Shown here: positions 18,759-29,469 of the stretch, piece by piece
Layout: each line of letters begins with the position of its first letter
Position numbering within the stretch: the stretch's first letter is position 1
Assembly (NCBI GenBank): GCA_963518515.1
Contig: CAUQIW010000014.1
Span: forward strand, 3,359-67,358
Source of the DNA: an uncultured Microbacterium sp.
GTDB lineage: Bacteria; Actinomycetota; Actinomycetes; Actinomycetales; Microbacteriaceae
Direction of reading: 5' to 3'
Length of the DNA stretch: 64,000 bases
The notes under the pieces: generated by a model
The model's input: only the letters and a program-made list of their open reading frames with translations
The model's database searches: none
What the model was told of the DNA's origin: nothing
Position numbers and translations under genes: made by a program

Positions 18759-18781
18759 TTGTTTTGAATTACTCAAAAGAA
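18759..18781. promoter_or_regulatory. candidate Fur-family operator: TTGTTTTGA-N5-TCAAAAGAA
   Basis: AT-rich 23-bp inverted repeat (8 of 9 arm positions pair). It sits immediately upstream of a TAGAGT -10-like hexamer (18749-18754) that lies 6 nt from the regulator ATG. Confidence 0.5.
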
Positions 18782-18835
18782 CGGCGTGTCGGCCGAGGCG
18801 GTTGCATCCTCCTCCCACCGACGTAGCGTGGAGTG

Positions 18836-19369
18836 ATGGCTATGAGACGAGTGATCACGATCGGCGCCATCCTGGCGGTCGGCTTCGGCCTGGCCGGATG
18901 CACCGGAGAGCCCGAGAAGTCCGATACCGCGACGCCGTCGCCATCGAGCACCCAGGGGTCGACGCCGACGCCCTCGGGCACGGCGGGGGCTGCCGCCGAT
19001 GAGGCGCTCCTGCCGATCCCGGTCGATGAGGTCACCGCGTGGGCCGGTACAGCGGTGCCCGACAGTGAGACCGCCGGATTCGAGGCGGGTCTCTCGGGGT
19101 GGTTGGGCGAGAACAGCTCGCCGCGCGAGAGGTCGACGTTCCAGTCGCTCGCACCCGGGTCGTTCCAGGCGCAGCTGGCGTGCCGAGGCGAGGGCACGAT
19201 CACCCTCACCTCCGGCGAGGCCGGACAGGACGAGACGGCGAATCCCGTGGTGTGCACGAACGAGACCGTCGCCTTCGACATCACGACCGCGCAGACCGGC
19301 ATGCAGGTGCTGATGGAGCTCGAGGGGGCCCCGACGGTCTACGCGCTCTCGCTCGTGCGCATGGCGTGA
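18836..19369 (+). CDS. lipoprotein, function unknown
   Basis: MAMRRVITIGAILAVGFGLAGC signal with lipobox LAGC. TAGCGT lies 6 nt upstream of ATG 18836; the track start GTG 18833 is also possible. Confidence 0.65.
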   Translation: MAMRRVITIGAILAVGFGLAGCTGEPEKSDTATPSPSSTQGSTPTPSGTAGAAADEALLPIPVDEVTAWAGTAVPDSETAGFEAGLSGWLGENSSPRERSTFQSLAPGSFQAQLACRGEGTITLTSGEAGQDETANPVVCTNETVAFDITTAQTGMQVLMELEGAPTVYALSLVRMA

Positions 19370-19382
19370 CCGCGCGGACTGA

Positions 19383-20291
19383 TCAGAAGCGGATGCTCTG
19401 CGTCAGCCGTGTCCGGATGTCGAACAGCTCGTTGCCGCCGATCACCCGCGCTCCCGGCAGACCGCGTCGCAGCAGCAGAGGCAGCGCGCTGCGCCGCACC
19501 ACCACCGCGGGGAGGCCGCGGATGGTGCCGAGCGGCGTGACCGCCTGCGCGAGGTCGTCGTCGGGCAGCGTCACGATCACGCCGCTGAAACGCACCCTCG
19601 CCGCGCGGGCGACGACGTTCACCTGACCGAGGAGCGTCGTCACGGGCGCGCGATGACCCAGGCTCGGACCCGTGATCTCGCCGCGACGGAAGCCGACGAT
19701 CCCGCCGAAGTCCGCGGACATCACCCCGTACAGACCCGACGGTCCGAGGACGATGTGGCTGAGGCGGTCATCGTCGTCTCCGGGACCGACGGGCACGCCG
19801 TGCCACATCGTGAACCCCATACCGAGACCAGCGACGGCGTCGGCGGTCGCCTCCTCCGCCAGCGCCTCGGCGAGCAGCCGCTTCACCGCGCGGGGCGCCG
19901 CGCGCACGAGGGCCGGCGCATAGGGGTCGGCGAGATCGTCGGACGCCCATTCGCGCAGCATCCGCTCGTATCGCGCGCGCCGCCAGGCGCCGGGTTCGCT
20001 GTAGGTCTTCGGGCGCGGACGCGTATCGCGGCGCGTCGACGGCGCACGCCATCCACCCCAGTCGGTGTCGACGCCGATGCCGTGGCTGCGGTCGTATGCG
20101 GCGCGGCCCTCGGGGCTGCCGACGAGCTCCCAGGCCCGCTGCACACGGATGAACAACGCGGCGTCACCGCCGGTGTCTGGATGCGCCTCGCGCAGTCGCT
20201 GCCGGTACGCGCGACGCATGTCGTCATCAGCCGTCGAGGGCGTGACGCCGAGCACCTCGTAGGCCGAGTCCGAGAGCGGACTGTCGAACAT
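19383..20291 (-). CDS. J-domain protein fused to a NERD-like domain
   Basis: N-terminal J domain with HPD (YEVLGV...AYRQRLREAHPDTGGD). C-terminal region has the NERD-like core HIVLGPSGLYGVMSADFGG. GGAAGGAG RBS before ATG 20291. Confidence 0.8.
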   Translation of the reverse strand: MFDSPLSDSAYEVLGVTPSTADDDMRRAYRQRLREAHPDTGGDAALFIRVQRAWELVGSPEGRAAYDRSHGIGVDTDWGGWRAPSTRRDTRPRPKTYSEPGAWRRARYERMLREWASDDLADPYAPALVRAAPRAVKRLLAEALAEEATADAVAGLGMGFTMWHGVPVGPGDDDDRLSHIVLGPSGLYGVMSADFGGIVGFRRGEITGPSLGHRAPVTTLLGQVNVVARAARVRFSGVIVTLPDDDLAQAVTPLGTIRGLPAVVVRRSALPLLLRRGLPGARVIGGNELFDIRTRLTQSIRF

Positions 20292-20381
20292 CGCGCTCCT
20301 TCCGACCGCACCCCCAGCGTATCCGCGGACGCCGTGCACGATCCCACGCCCGCCCGGAGGGCCCGCCGTCGACCCGCCGCG

Positions 20382-21035
20382 TCAACCAGCGACGTCGACG
20401 ATGCGCTCGACCCCGATCGTCGGTGCGACGGCGCCGGCAGATGCCGCGGCGAGGTCGTCTGCGAGCGCTGCCAGCTCCGTCGCGGGAACCCACAGCTCGA
20501 AGGTCGCGACGTCGCCGTAGCGCGGAGCCCCGAGTGTCGCACCGTGATGCAGCGCCCACTCGCGCAGCAGATTGTCGTAGCGACCCGCCTCGGCGTGCGA
20601 CACGTCGGCCGTGACCTGCGTCAGAGCCGTCCGGTGCACCGGTGTCGCGAGATCGAGCGCCTCGGACACCGCCGACGAGTAGGCGCGCACGAGTCCGCCG
20701 GCGCCGAGCTTGACGCCGCCGAAGTAGCGCGTGACGACTGCGACCACGTCGGTCAGCTCGCGCCGCCGCAGAACCTCCAGCATCGGGATGCCCGCGGTGC
20801 CCGAGGGCTCCCCATCGTCCGAGGACCTGGCCTGATCGCCGTGCAGCCCGGTGATCATCGCGACGCAGTTGTGGCCGGCATCCCACGCCAGCCGCCGGAT
20901 GCGCGCGATCGCGGCATCCGCCTCCTCGACCGAGGCGACCGGTTCGACGCGGGCGATGAACCGCGACTTCTTGATGACGAGCTCGTTCTCGACCGGTGCC
21001 GCGATCGTCGCGGGGTACTTCTGCGGCGAGGTCAT
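20382..21035 (-). CDS. YigZ / IMPACT family protein (UPF0029)
   Basis: KKSRFIA...GHNCVA...DDGEPSGTAG.P motifs typical of the YigZ family. Confidence 0.85.
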   Translation of the reverse strand: MTSPQKYPATIAAPVENELVIKKSRFIARVEPVASVEEADAAIARIRRLAWDAGHNCVAMITGLHGDQARSSDDGEPSGTAGIPMLEVLRRRELTDVVAVVTRYFGGVKLGAGGLVRAYSSAVSEALDLATPVHRTALTQVTADVSHAEAGRYDNLLREWALHHGATLGAPRYGDVATFELWVPATELAALADDLAAASAGAVAPTIGVERIVDVAG

Positions 21036-21066
21036 CGGCCCCAGACTACCCAGCGCCGCCGGCGAT

Positions 21067-22179
<1,113 letters not shown>

Positions 22180-23139
22180 CTACTCCGCCGAGTCGTCGCG
22201 CAGGTGCGCGATGTGCGCCGCATGACGGGTGAGGTGGTTCTGCGACCTGCGCACGAACAGCCAGGCGACGAAGAGCAGCGCGAACCAGATCGGTGTCACG
22301 AGCAGCGCCGTCAACGTGTCGGGTTGGGTGGTCAGAGCCCAGACGATGAACACGAAGAACGCGAGCACGACGTAGACCATGAACACCCCGCCCGGCATTC
22401 GGAACGTCGAGACCGCGACCTTCTCGGGGCGCGTGCGCCGGTACACGAGGTAGCTGCAGAGGAAGATCGTCCACACGAACATGAAGCACAGGGCCGAGAC
22501 CGTGGTCACCATGTCGAAGGCGGTGCCGATGTCGTCGCCCGCGTACAGCAGGACCACGCCGGAGAGCAGCAGGATGCACGAGAGGAACAGGGCGTTCTGC
22601 GGCACACGACGCTTCGACAGGCGCCCGAACAGGCGCGGTGCGTCGCCGTCCTGCGCGAGGCCGAACACCATGCGCGAGGTCGAGTAGATGCCCGAGTTGG
22701 CGCTCGACATGGCGGAGGTCAGCACCACGAGGTTGACCATTGTCGCGGCGATGCCGAGGCCGGCGAGCGCGAACATCGCGATGAACGGGCTCTCGCCGGC
22801 GACGTACTCGGTCCACGGTGTGACCGCCATCAGGATGACGAGTGCTCCCACGTAGAACAGCAGGATGCGGATGGGGATGGCGTTGATCGCCTTCGGCAGA
22901 TTGCGTTCGGGGTTCTTGGTCTCGGCCGCGGCGGTGCCGACGAGCTCGATGCCCACGAAGGCGAACACGGCGATCTGGAATCCGGCCACGAACCCCATGA
23001 ACCCGTGCGGGAACATGCCGCCGTGCGACCACAGGTTGGCGAAGGAGGCGGTGCCGGCGTCGTGCTGGAAGCCGGTGACGATCATCACGAGGCCCGTGAT
23101 GATCAGTGCGACGATCGCGTATACCGCCGAACCGAATCG
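22180..23139 (-). pseudogene. 5'-truncated APC-superfamily amino acid permease (missing roughly the first third, about TM1-4)
   Basis: The frame encodes only the segment from FGSAVYAIVALIITGL...GGMFPHGF...FAFVGIELVGTAAAETKNPERNLPKAI to the C-terminus. In full-length permeases these motifs sit about 170-250 aa from the N-terminus. Similarity stops near 23140, and the upstream in-frame stop at 23209 lies inside the divergent MATE gene. Confidence 0.65.
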
Positions 23140-23195
23140 ATTCGATATTCTTGAGGGACCCCCGATCCGTCCCCAGTACTGCGAGCCGCTTCCCC

Positions 23196-24668
23196 ATGGC
23201 CACCACTCTCACCACGGGCCGCCCGTGGCGTGTCATCCTCGCCTTCTCGATCCCCCTGCTCCTCGGCAACGTCGTGCAGCAGCTGTACCAGTTCGCCGAT
23301 GCGATCGTCGTCGGTCGCCACCTCGGTGTGACCTCGCTCGCGGCCGTCGGCGCCACCGGCCCCCTGCTCTTCCTGCTCCTCGGCTTCGCCTGGGGACTCA
23401 CGAGCGGATTCGCCATCCCGATCGCGCAGGCGTTCGGCGCCGGCGACGGTGCGGCGGTGCGGCGATCCGTGGCCACCGGCGTGATCCTCACCGGCATCAC
23501 GAGCGTCGTGCTGACGATCGTCGCCCCGTTGATCGCCCAGCCCCTGCTCGCACTGCTGCAGACGCCGTCGGAGCTCATGCCCGAGGCCACGATCTTCACG
23601 CAGATCAGCTTCATCGGCGCCGGGGCGACGATGTTCTTCAACTTCCTCTCGGCGATCATCCGTGCGATCGGAGACTCGCGGACCCCGCTGATCTTCCTCA
23701 CCGTGTCGTGCGCCCTCAACGTCGGACTCGTGATCCTCATGGTCGGACCCCTCGAGTGGGGCGTCGGAGGTGCCGCGATCGCGACGGTCGTCGCGCAGGC
23801 CGTGTCGGTCATCCTGTGCCTCGAGTTCGTGCGGCGCCGGCTGCCGATGCTGCATCTGCGTCGGGTCGACTGGCGGGTCAGGCGCGACGACATCCGCGAG
23901 CACCTGCGGCTTGGTCTGCCCATGGGCTTCCAGGCATCGATCATCGCGATCGGCACGCTCACCGTGCAGGTCGCGCTCAACAGCCTGGGCGCGGATGCGG
24001 TGGCCGCCTACACGACGGCGGCGCGCGTCGACGGGCTCGCGGTCGCCCTGCTCTCGTCACTGGGGCTCGCGGTCTCGATGTACGCCGCGCAGAACATCGG
24101 AGGGCGCCGACCCGACCGCATCCGTCGCGGTGTCATCGAGGGCGTCTGGATGGCCGTCGCCGCCGGCCTGCTCCTCGGAGTCGTCATCATCGTCGCCGGC
24201 GTGCCGCTGGTGCGCCTGTTCATCGGCGACGGCTCCGACGACGTGGTCGAGCTCGCGCACCTCATGCTCATCATCAACGGATGCGGGTACTGGGCTCTCG
24301 GCGTGCTCTTCATCCTCCGCGGTGCACTGCAGGGTCTCGGTCACACGCTGATCCCGACCGTCACCGGTGTGGTCGAGCTCGTGATGCGCGTCACGGCGGC
24401 CATCGTGCTCGGTGCGCTGATCGACTTCGCCGGAGTCGCGCTCAGCAATCCGCTCGCGTGGCTCGGAGCGATCGTGCTGCTCGTCCCCGCCTACCTCCGC
24501 GCGCATCGGGCACTCGCTCGCATGCCGATCGATCCCGTCGAGGCGACCGAGACGTCGGCCATCGCGATCGTCGGCCCGACCGACGGATCGATGATCGTCG
24601 ATGCGGTGCTCACGCAGCCGGTGCGCGTCGTACGGCCGTCGCGTCTCGGGCGGTTGAAGCGCCGCTGA
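23196..24668 (+). CDS. MATE family efflux transporter
   Basis: 490 aa, about 12 TM helices. The N-terminus RPWRVILAFSIPLLLGNVVQQLYQFADAIVVGRHLG is typical of MATE/NorM-like pumps. Confidence 0.9.
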   Translation: MATTLTTGRPWRVILAFSIPLLLGNVVQQLYQFADAIVVGRHLGVTSLAAVGATGPLLFLLLGFAWGLTSGFAIPIAQAFGAGDGAAVRRSVATGVILTGITSVVLTIVAPLIAQPLLALLQTPSELMPEATIFTQISFIGAGATMFFNFLSAIIRAIGDSRTPLIFLTVSCALNVGLVILMVGPLEWGVGGAAIATVVAQAVSVILCLEFVRRRLPMLHLRRVDWRVRRDDIREHLRLGLPMGFQASIIAIGTLTVQVALNSLGADAVAAYTTAARVDGLAVALLSSLGLAVSMYAAQNIGGRRPDRIRRGVIEGVWMAVAAGLLLGVVIIVAGVPLVRLFIGDGSDDVVELAHLMLIINGCGYWALGVLFILRGALQGLGHTLIPTVTGVVELVMRVTAAIVLGALIDFAGVALSNPLAWLGAIVLLVPAYLRAHRALARMPIDPVEATETSAIAIVGPTDGSMIVDAVLTQPVRVVRPSRLGRLKRR

Positions 24669-24772
24669 ACAGCACGTCACGGTTGTCGAACATCATCCTG
24701 CAGAAGGATGTCGCCGAGCCCGAGTCTTCGTAGAGTTGGTGATGCGGAGATACCGCTGACCGGGGGGTCGTT

Positions 24773-25198
24773 ATGACGTCATCAAGGGTGGCAAACGAGT
24801 TGGCGGCGATGCTGGTGCCGCTGGGCATCGCGGGAGCCGTCGTGGCCGTGCTGTGCGCAGTGCTCGCAGGCATCGCGATCATGCGAGGTGCGGGGGGACT
24901 CAGCGGAGGTGCTGTCGGGGTCTGGATCCCGGCCGCGATGCTGAGCTCGACGGCATCGTTCGCGAATCAGTGGATGCCGGTGATCGTCTCGACCGCAGCG
25001 CTCGTCGTGATGCTGGTGCTCGGCGCCGTCGGTCGTGGCGTGCTCGCCGCGACCGCGCCGCAGCGTGAGGCCGCACGTGCCGAGCGCGCATCCGCAGCAC
25101 CGGTGGCGGTCTCCGCAGAGCCGGCGACCGGCACCGTCTCGGTGGGCACGGGGCCGATCCCGACCCTCGCTCGGTCGAACTCGGCGCGCACCGCCTGA
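24773..25198 (+). CDS. hypothetical membrane protein
   Basis: 141-aa ORF with 3 hydrophobic helices and an Ala/Pro-rich tail. No homology recognised. Confidence 0.45.
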   Translation: MTSSRVANELAAMLVPLGIAGAVVAVLCAVLAGIAIMRGAGGLSGGAVGVWIPAAMLSSTASFANQWMPVIVSTAALVVMLVLGAVGRGVLAATAPQREAARAERASAAPVAVSAEPATGTVSVGTGPIPTLARSNSARTA

Positions 25199-25238
25199 GC
25201 GAGATCCGCCCGAGCGCGCACGGATCGGCGGCACCGCC

Positions 25239-26948
25239 TCAGCGGTAGTCGCGGTCGCGATGCTGCCCCGACTCGTCGCCTGTCTCCACCCGCGCCGCCT
25301 CGCGCGCCCGCAGTTCGACGCGACGGATCTTGCCCGAGATGGTCTTCGGCAGCTCCGGCACGAACTCGATGATCCGCACCCAGAGATGCGCGGACAGCCG
25401 GTCGTGCGCGTAGGCGAAGATCGAGCGCGCCGCATCCGCCTCGCTCTCCGTCGCCGCGGCTCGCAGGCACACGTACGCCTTCGGGACGGCCAGGCGGGTC
25501 GGATCGGGGCTGGGGATGACGGCGGCCTCGACGACCAGCTCGTGCTCGAGCAGCACCGATTCGAGCTCGAACGGCGAGATCTTGTAGTCCGAGGCCTTGA
25601 AGACGTCATCGGCGCGTCCCAGGTAGGTGAGGTACCCGTCGGCGTCGCGGACCGCGATGTCGCCCGTGTGGTGGAAGCCGCCCTCGCGCGATTCCGCGGT
25701 CTTCTCCGGGTCGTCGTAGTAACCGGCCATCAGACCGAGAGGCGGGTCGGCGAGGTCGAGGGCGATCTCTCCCTCGATCTCGGTCGGCTCGCCGGTGACG
25801 GGATCGAGCAGCACCACGGGGTAGCCGGGAAGAGGGCGGCCCATCGAGCCGACCTTGACCGTCTGGCCGGGAGAGTTGCCGATGCACGCCGTCATCTCCG
25901 TCTGCCCGAAGCCGTCGCGGATCGTGCCGCCCCAGGCGTCGCGCACCCGATCGATCACCTCGGGGTTCAGTGGCTCTCCCGCTCCGACGAGTTCACGCGG
26001 CGGATGGGTCAGCATCGCGAGGTCGGCCTGGATCAGCATGCGCCACACGGTCGGCGGCGCGCAGAACGTCGAGACCTGGTGCGTGTCCATGACCTGCATC
26101 AGGGTGTTCGCGTCGAAGCGGTCGTAGTTGTAGACGAACACCGTCGCCTCGGCGAGGAAGGGCGAGTAGAAGCTCGACCAGGCGTGCTTCGCCCACCCGG
26201 GGGACGAGATGTTGAGATGCACGTCGTCGGGGCGCACTCCCAGCCACCACATGGTCGACAGGTGCCCGATCGGATACGAGACGTGGGTGTGCTCGACGAG
26301 CTTGGGGCGGCTGGTGGTGCCGCTGGTGAAGTACAGCAGAGCCGTGTCGGATGCCGGCGTCGCAGCATCCGGTTCGAAACGCGCGGGCGCTGTCGTGGAA
26401 TCGTCGAAGCGGTTCCAGTCAAAGGGCACGTCCTCGCCCACCCCGATGCGGAGGATGCCGGCGTCGAGACCGCTCACGCGCTCGGCGAGGGCACCCTGGG
26501 TGACGATGGCACGCGCCCGACCGTGCTCGACGCGATAGGCGAGGTCCGATGCCGAGAGCAGCGTCGATGTCGGGATGGAGACCGCCCCGATCTTGGTGAT
26601 GGCGAGCATCACCTCCCACAGCTCGATGGTGTTGCCGAGCATCACGATCAGATGGTCGCCGCGCCGGATGCCGAGGCCGGTCAGCCAGGCCGCGACCTGA
26701 TCGGAGCGCGTCGACAGCTCGCCGTAGGTCCATGTCGAGAGGCTCAGGTCGGCCGACACGATCTGCACCGCTGGCCGGTCGGGTGCCTCGCCCGCGATCA
26801 CATCGAACCACTCGAGTGCGAAGTTGAACTCGGTCGGTTCCGGCCATGAGAACCCCTGCCGTGCGGCGGTGTAGTCCGTGGCGTGCGCGAACAGGAGATC
26901 GCGCATCTCGCGGATCGCGGTCGTGGCTGCGGTGGCGCTGCGGCTCAT
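25239..26948 (-). CDS. AMP-binding acyl-CoA synthetase (medium-chain/ACSM-like)
   Basis: AMP-binding motif YFTSGTTSRPK, plus TGD and SGKIRR motifs. AGGGAG RBS before ATG 26948. Confidence 0.9.
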   Translation of the reverse strand: MSRSATAATTAIREMRDLLFAHATDYTAARQGFSWPEPTEFNFALEWFDVIAGEAPDRPAVQIVSADLSLSTWTYGELSTRSDQVAAWLTGLGIRRGDHLIVMLGNTIELWEVMLAITKIGAVSIPTSTLLSASDLAYRVEHGRARAIVTQGALAERVSGLDAGILRIGVGEDVPFDWNRFDDSTTAPARFEPDAATPASDTALLYFTSGTTSRPKLVEHTHVSYPIGHLSTMWWLGVRPDDVHLNISSPGWAKHAWSSFYSPFLAEATVFVYNYDRFDANTLMQVMDTHQVSTFCAPPTVWRMLIQADLAMLTHPPRELVGAGEPLNPEVIDRVRDAWGGTIRDGFGQTEMTACIGNSPGQTVKVGSMGRPLPGYPVVLLDPVTGEPTEIEGEIALDLADPPLGLMAGYYDDPEKTAESREGGFHHTGDIAVRDADGYLTYLGRADDVFKASDYKISPFELESVLLEHELVVEAAVIPSPDPTRLAVPKAYVCLRAAATESEADAARSIFAYAHDRLSAHLWVRIIEFVPELPKTISGKIRRVELRAREAARVETGDESGQHRDRDYR

Positions 26949-27033
26949 CAGGGGCTCCCTTGCTCGACGGACTTCTCCATCCTGGCACCGAGCGCAGACG
27001 CCGAACACGGCAGACGAGCGGATGTGGTGGGGC

Positions 27034-27501
27034 CTAGGGCAGGCGGATCGTCCCCGTGGCGATGCGCTCGGTCGGCATCCGATCGCGGTTGTAGGTGATC
27101 TCGTCGTATCCGTGCGGCGTCGGCATCCCGTCGTCGTCCAGGCTCACGAACACGATCTTCTCGATCGTGAGGATGCGCTTGCGCGTGATCATGTTGCGGG
27201 CGACGGCACGCATGGTCAGAGACGTCGTGCCGAAGTGCGTGGCCTGCAGGCCGATCTCGATCAGGTCGCCCTGCACGGCTGAGGCCTCGAAGTTGATCTC
27301 GGAGATGTGCTTCGTCACCGCCCGGTAGTTGCCCAACTGCACGATCGCGTAGATCGCGGCCTCTTCGTCGATCCACTTCAGCAGGCTGCCGCCGAACAGC
27401 GATCCGTTCGCATTGAGGTCTTCCGGCTTCACCCATTTGCGGGTGCGGAAGTTGATGCCGTCTTCGGACCACTGCCACGCGGGTGTCTTCTGCTTCGCCA
27501 T
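27034..27501 (-). CDS. acyl-CoA thioesterase (hotdog fold, YciA-like)
   Basis: 155 aa with NANGSLFGGSLLKWIDEEA, typical of hotdog thioesterases. Co-directional with the acyl-CoA synthetase. Confidence 0.85.
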   Translation of the reverse strand: MAKQKTPAWQWSEDGINFRTRKWVKPEDLNANGSLFGGSLLKWIDEEAAIYAIVQLGNYRAVTKHISEINFEASAVQGDLIEIGLQATHFGTTSLTMRAVARNMITRKRILTIEKIVFVSLDDDGMPTPHGYDEITYNRDRMPTERIATGTIRLP

Positions 27502-27586
27502 GCTTCGAGGGTAGGAGCCGCGTGAGTCGGGGGTGTTACGCGGCGACGTCGGCGCACGATTCGAGCAGTTCTGCTCAGAGCAGAGA

Positions 27587-28477
27587 TCACGCCTCGGTGC
27601 GCTCCGAGGGCGCCGCATCGACCGCGTCGGCCGCATTCGTCGCCGCCCAGCTCGCCAGCATCCGCAGCTTGTCCGCCGACGCGGTTCCGGGCTCCGCCGT
27701 GTACGTCGACATCTGCAGGCCGGGGTCGGCGGGCAGCTCGAAGGCCTCGTACGTCAGCTCCATCTCGCCCACGACGGGGTGGGTGATGCGCTTGACGCCG
27801 CTGCGATGGAACCGCACGTTGTGCGACGCCCACAGCGTGCGGAATCGCTCGCTGCGCGTCGACAGTTCGCCCACGAGGTCGGTGAGCCGGCGGTCGTAGG
27901 GGTTGCGGCCCGCTTCGCCGCGCATCGCCGCCACGAGCTCCTGAGTGTTGCGCTCCCAGTCGGGGTAGAAGGCCTGGGCCGCCTCGGCGTCGAGGAACGC
28001 GAAGCGCGCGCTGTTGGCAGCCGGCTGCGCGAACACGGGCGCGTACAGCGCCCGGCCCAGAGCGTTGGCCGCGAGGTAGTCGAAGTAGCCGTTGCGCACC
28101 ACGGCCGGTGCCTCGGTCATCGCGTCGAGCAGGCGCAGGATGCTCGGACGCAGCGCCTCGGACTTCTTGCGCGGCTTTCGGGCGACGGGCGATGCGCTCG
28201 AGGTGCGCGCGAGATCGTGGAGGTGCGCCGTCTCGGCCTCGTCGAGTCGAAGGGCACGCGCGAGCGAGGCCAGCACGCTGTCCGATACACCCGACAGATC
28301 CCCCCGCTCGAGCCGTGTGTAGTAGTCGACGCTCACGCCGGCGAGCAGAGAGACCTCCTCACGACGCAGGCCGGGAACGCGGCGATTGCCGCCGAACGCG
28401 GGCAGCCCTGCCTGATCGGGGGTGATGCGTGCGCGCCTCGTCGAGAGGAACTCGCGCACCTCACTGCGTGTGTCCAT
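27587..28477 (-). CDS. XRE-type HTH regulator with MmyB-like C-terminal domain
   Basis: EVREFLSTRRARITPDQAGLP...RRVPGLRREEVSLLAGVSVDYYTRLERG is the MmyB-family N-terminus. Divergent from an aldo/keto reductase, a common context. Confidence 0.85.
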   Translation of the reverse strand: MDTRSEVREFLSTRRARITPDQAGLPAFGGNRRVPGLRREEVSLLAGVSVDYYTRLERGDLSGVSDSVLASLARALRLDEAETAHLHDLARTSSASPVARKPRKKSEALRPSILRLLDAMTEAPAVVRNGYFDYLAANALGRALYAPVFAQPAANSARFAFLDAEAAQAFYPDWERNTQELVAAMRGEAGRNPYDRRLTDLVGELSTRSERFRTLWASHNVRFHRSGVKRITHPVVGEMELTYEAFELPADPGLQMSTYTAEPGTASADKLRMLASWAATNAADAVDAAPSERTEA

Positions 28478-28563
28478 GACTCCGACGGTACGCCCCCGCG
28501 TCAGGCGGAGGGAGGTACTGGCAGAGTCTCCCACCGCTCCCGCGGGGCGACGACACTGGAGGC

Positions 28564-29442
28564 ATGACCATGAACATCCGACTCAGCAACGGCATCGAGA
28601 TGCCCGCCCTCGCCTTCGGGGTCTTCCAAGCCGCCCCGGAAGAGACCGTCGACGCCGTCGGCACCGCGCTCGAGACCGGATACCGCCTGGTCGACACCGC
28701 GGCGGCTTACGGAAACGAGCGCGAGGTCGGTGAGGCGATCCGCCGCAGTGGGATCCCGCGCGACGAGGTCTTCATCGAGACCAAGGTCTGGATCAGCGAC
28801 TTCGGCTACGACGAGACGTTGCATGCGTTCGAGAAGTCGACGGGCAAGCTCGGCGTGGAGCAGCTCGATCTGCTGATCCTGCACCAGGCGCTGCCGACGC
28901 GCTTCGATCTCACGATCGGCGCGTACAGGGCGCTCGAGTCTCTGCATTCCGACGGCCGGGTGCGCGCCATCGGCGTGAGCAACTTCATGGTCGAGCACCT
29001 GACGAAGCTGGATGCGGAGACCGGCATCGTGCCGGCGATCAATCAGATCGAGGTGCACCCCTACTTCTCGCAGCGCGAGGTGCAGCAGGCGGATGCCGCG
29101 GCGGGCATCGTGACGCAGGCGTGGTCGCCCATCGGCGGGATCACGGCTTACCGCCCCGGCGGAGCATCGGTCTTCGACGACGAGATCCTCACTGCCATCG
29201 CGGCGCAGCACGGGAAGTCGGCGGCTCAGGTCATGCTGCGCTGGCACCTGCAGCAGGGCCGATCCGCGCTGCCGAAGTCGGTGCGCCCCGCACGCATCGC
29301 CGAGAACTTCGACATCTTCGATTTCACGCTGACACCCGACCAGCTCGCCGCGATCGATGCGCTCGACACCGGGGTGCGCCGCGGCCCCGAGCCCGACGCG
29401 GTGACGCTCGAGTCCTTCGGACGGGAGATCCCCGAGGCCTGA
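28564..29442 (+). CDS. aldo/keto reductase (2,5-diketo-D-gluconate reductase-like)
   Basis: GYRLVDTAAAYGNE, IGVSNF and LPKS motifs. GGAGG RBS. Confidence 0.9.
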   Translation: MTMNIRLSNGIEMPALAFGVFQAAPEETVDAVGTALETGYRLVDTAAAYGNEREVGEAIRRSGIPRDEVFIETKVWISDFGYDETLHAFEKSTGKLGVEQLDLLILHQALPTRFDLTIGAYRALESLHSDGRVRAIGVSNFMVEHLTKLDAETGIVPAINQIEVHPYFSQREVQQADAAAGIVTQAWSPIGGITAYRPGGASVFDDEILTAIAAQHGKSAAQVMLRWHLQQGRSALPKSVRPARIAENFDIFDFTLTPDQLAAIDALDTGVRRGPEPDAVTLESFGREIPEA

Positions 29443-29469
29443 GGCGACGCGGGGTGCGCGACGCGCGCT

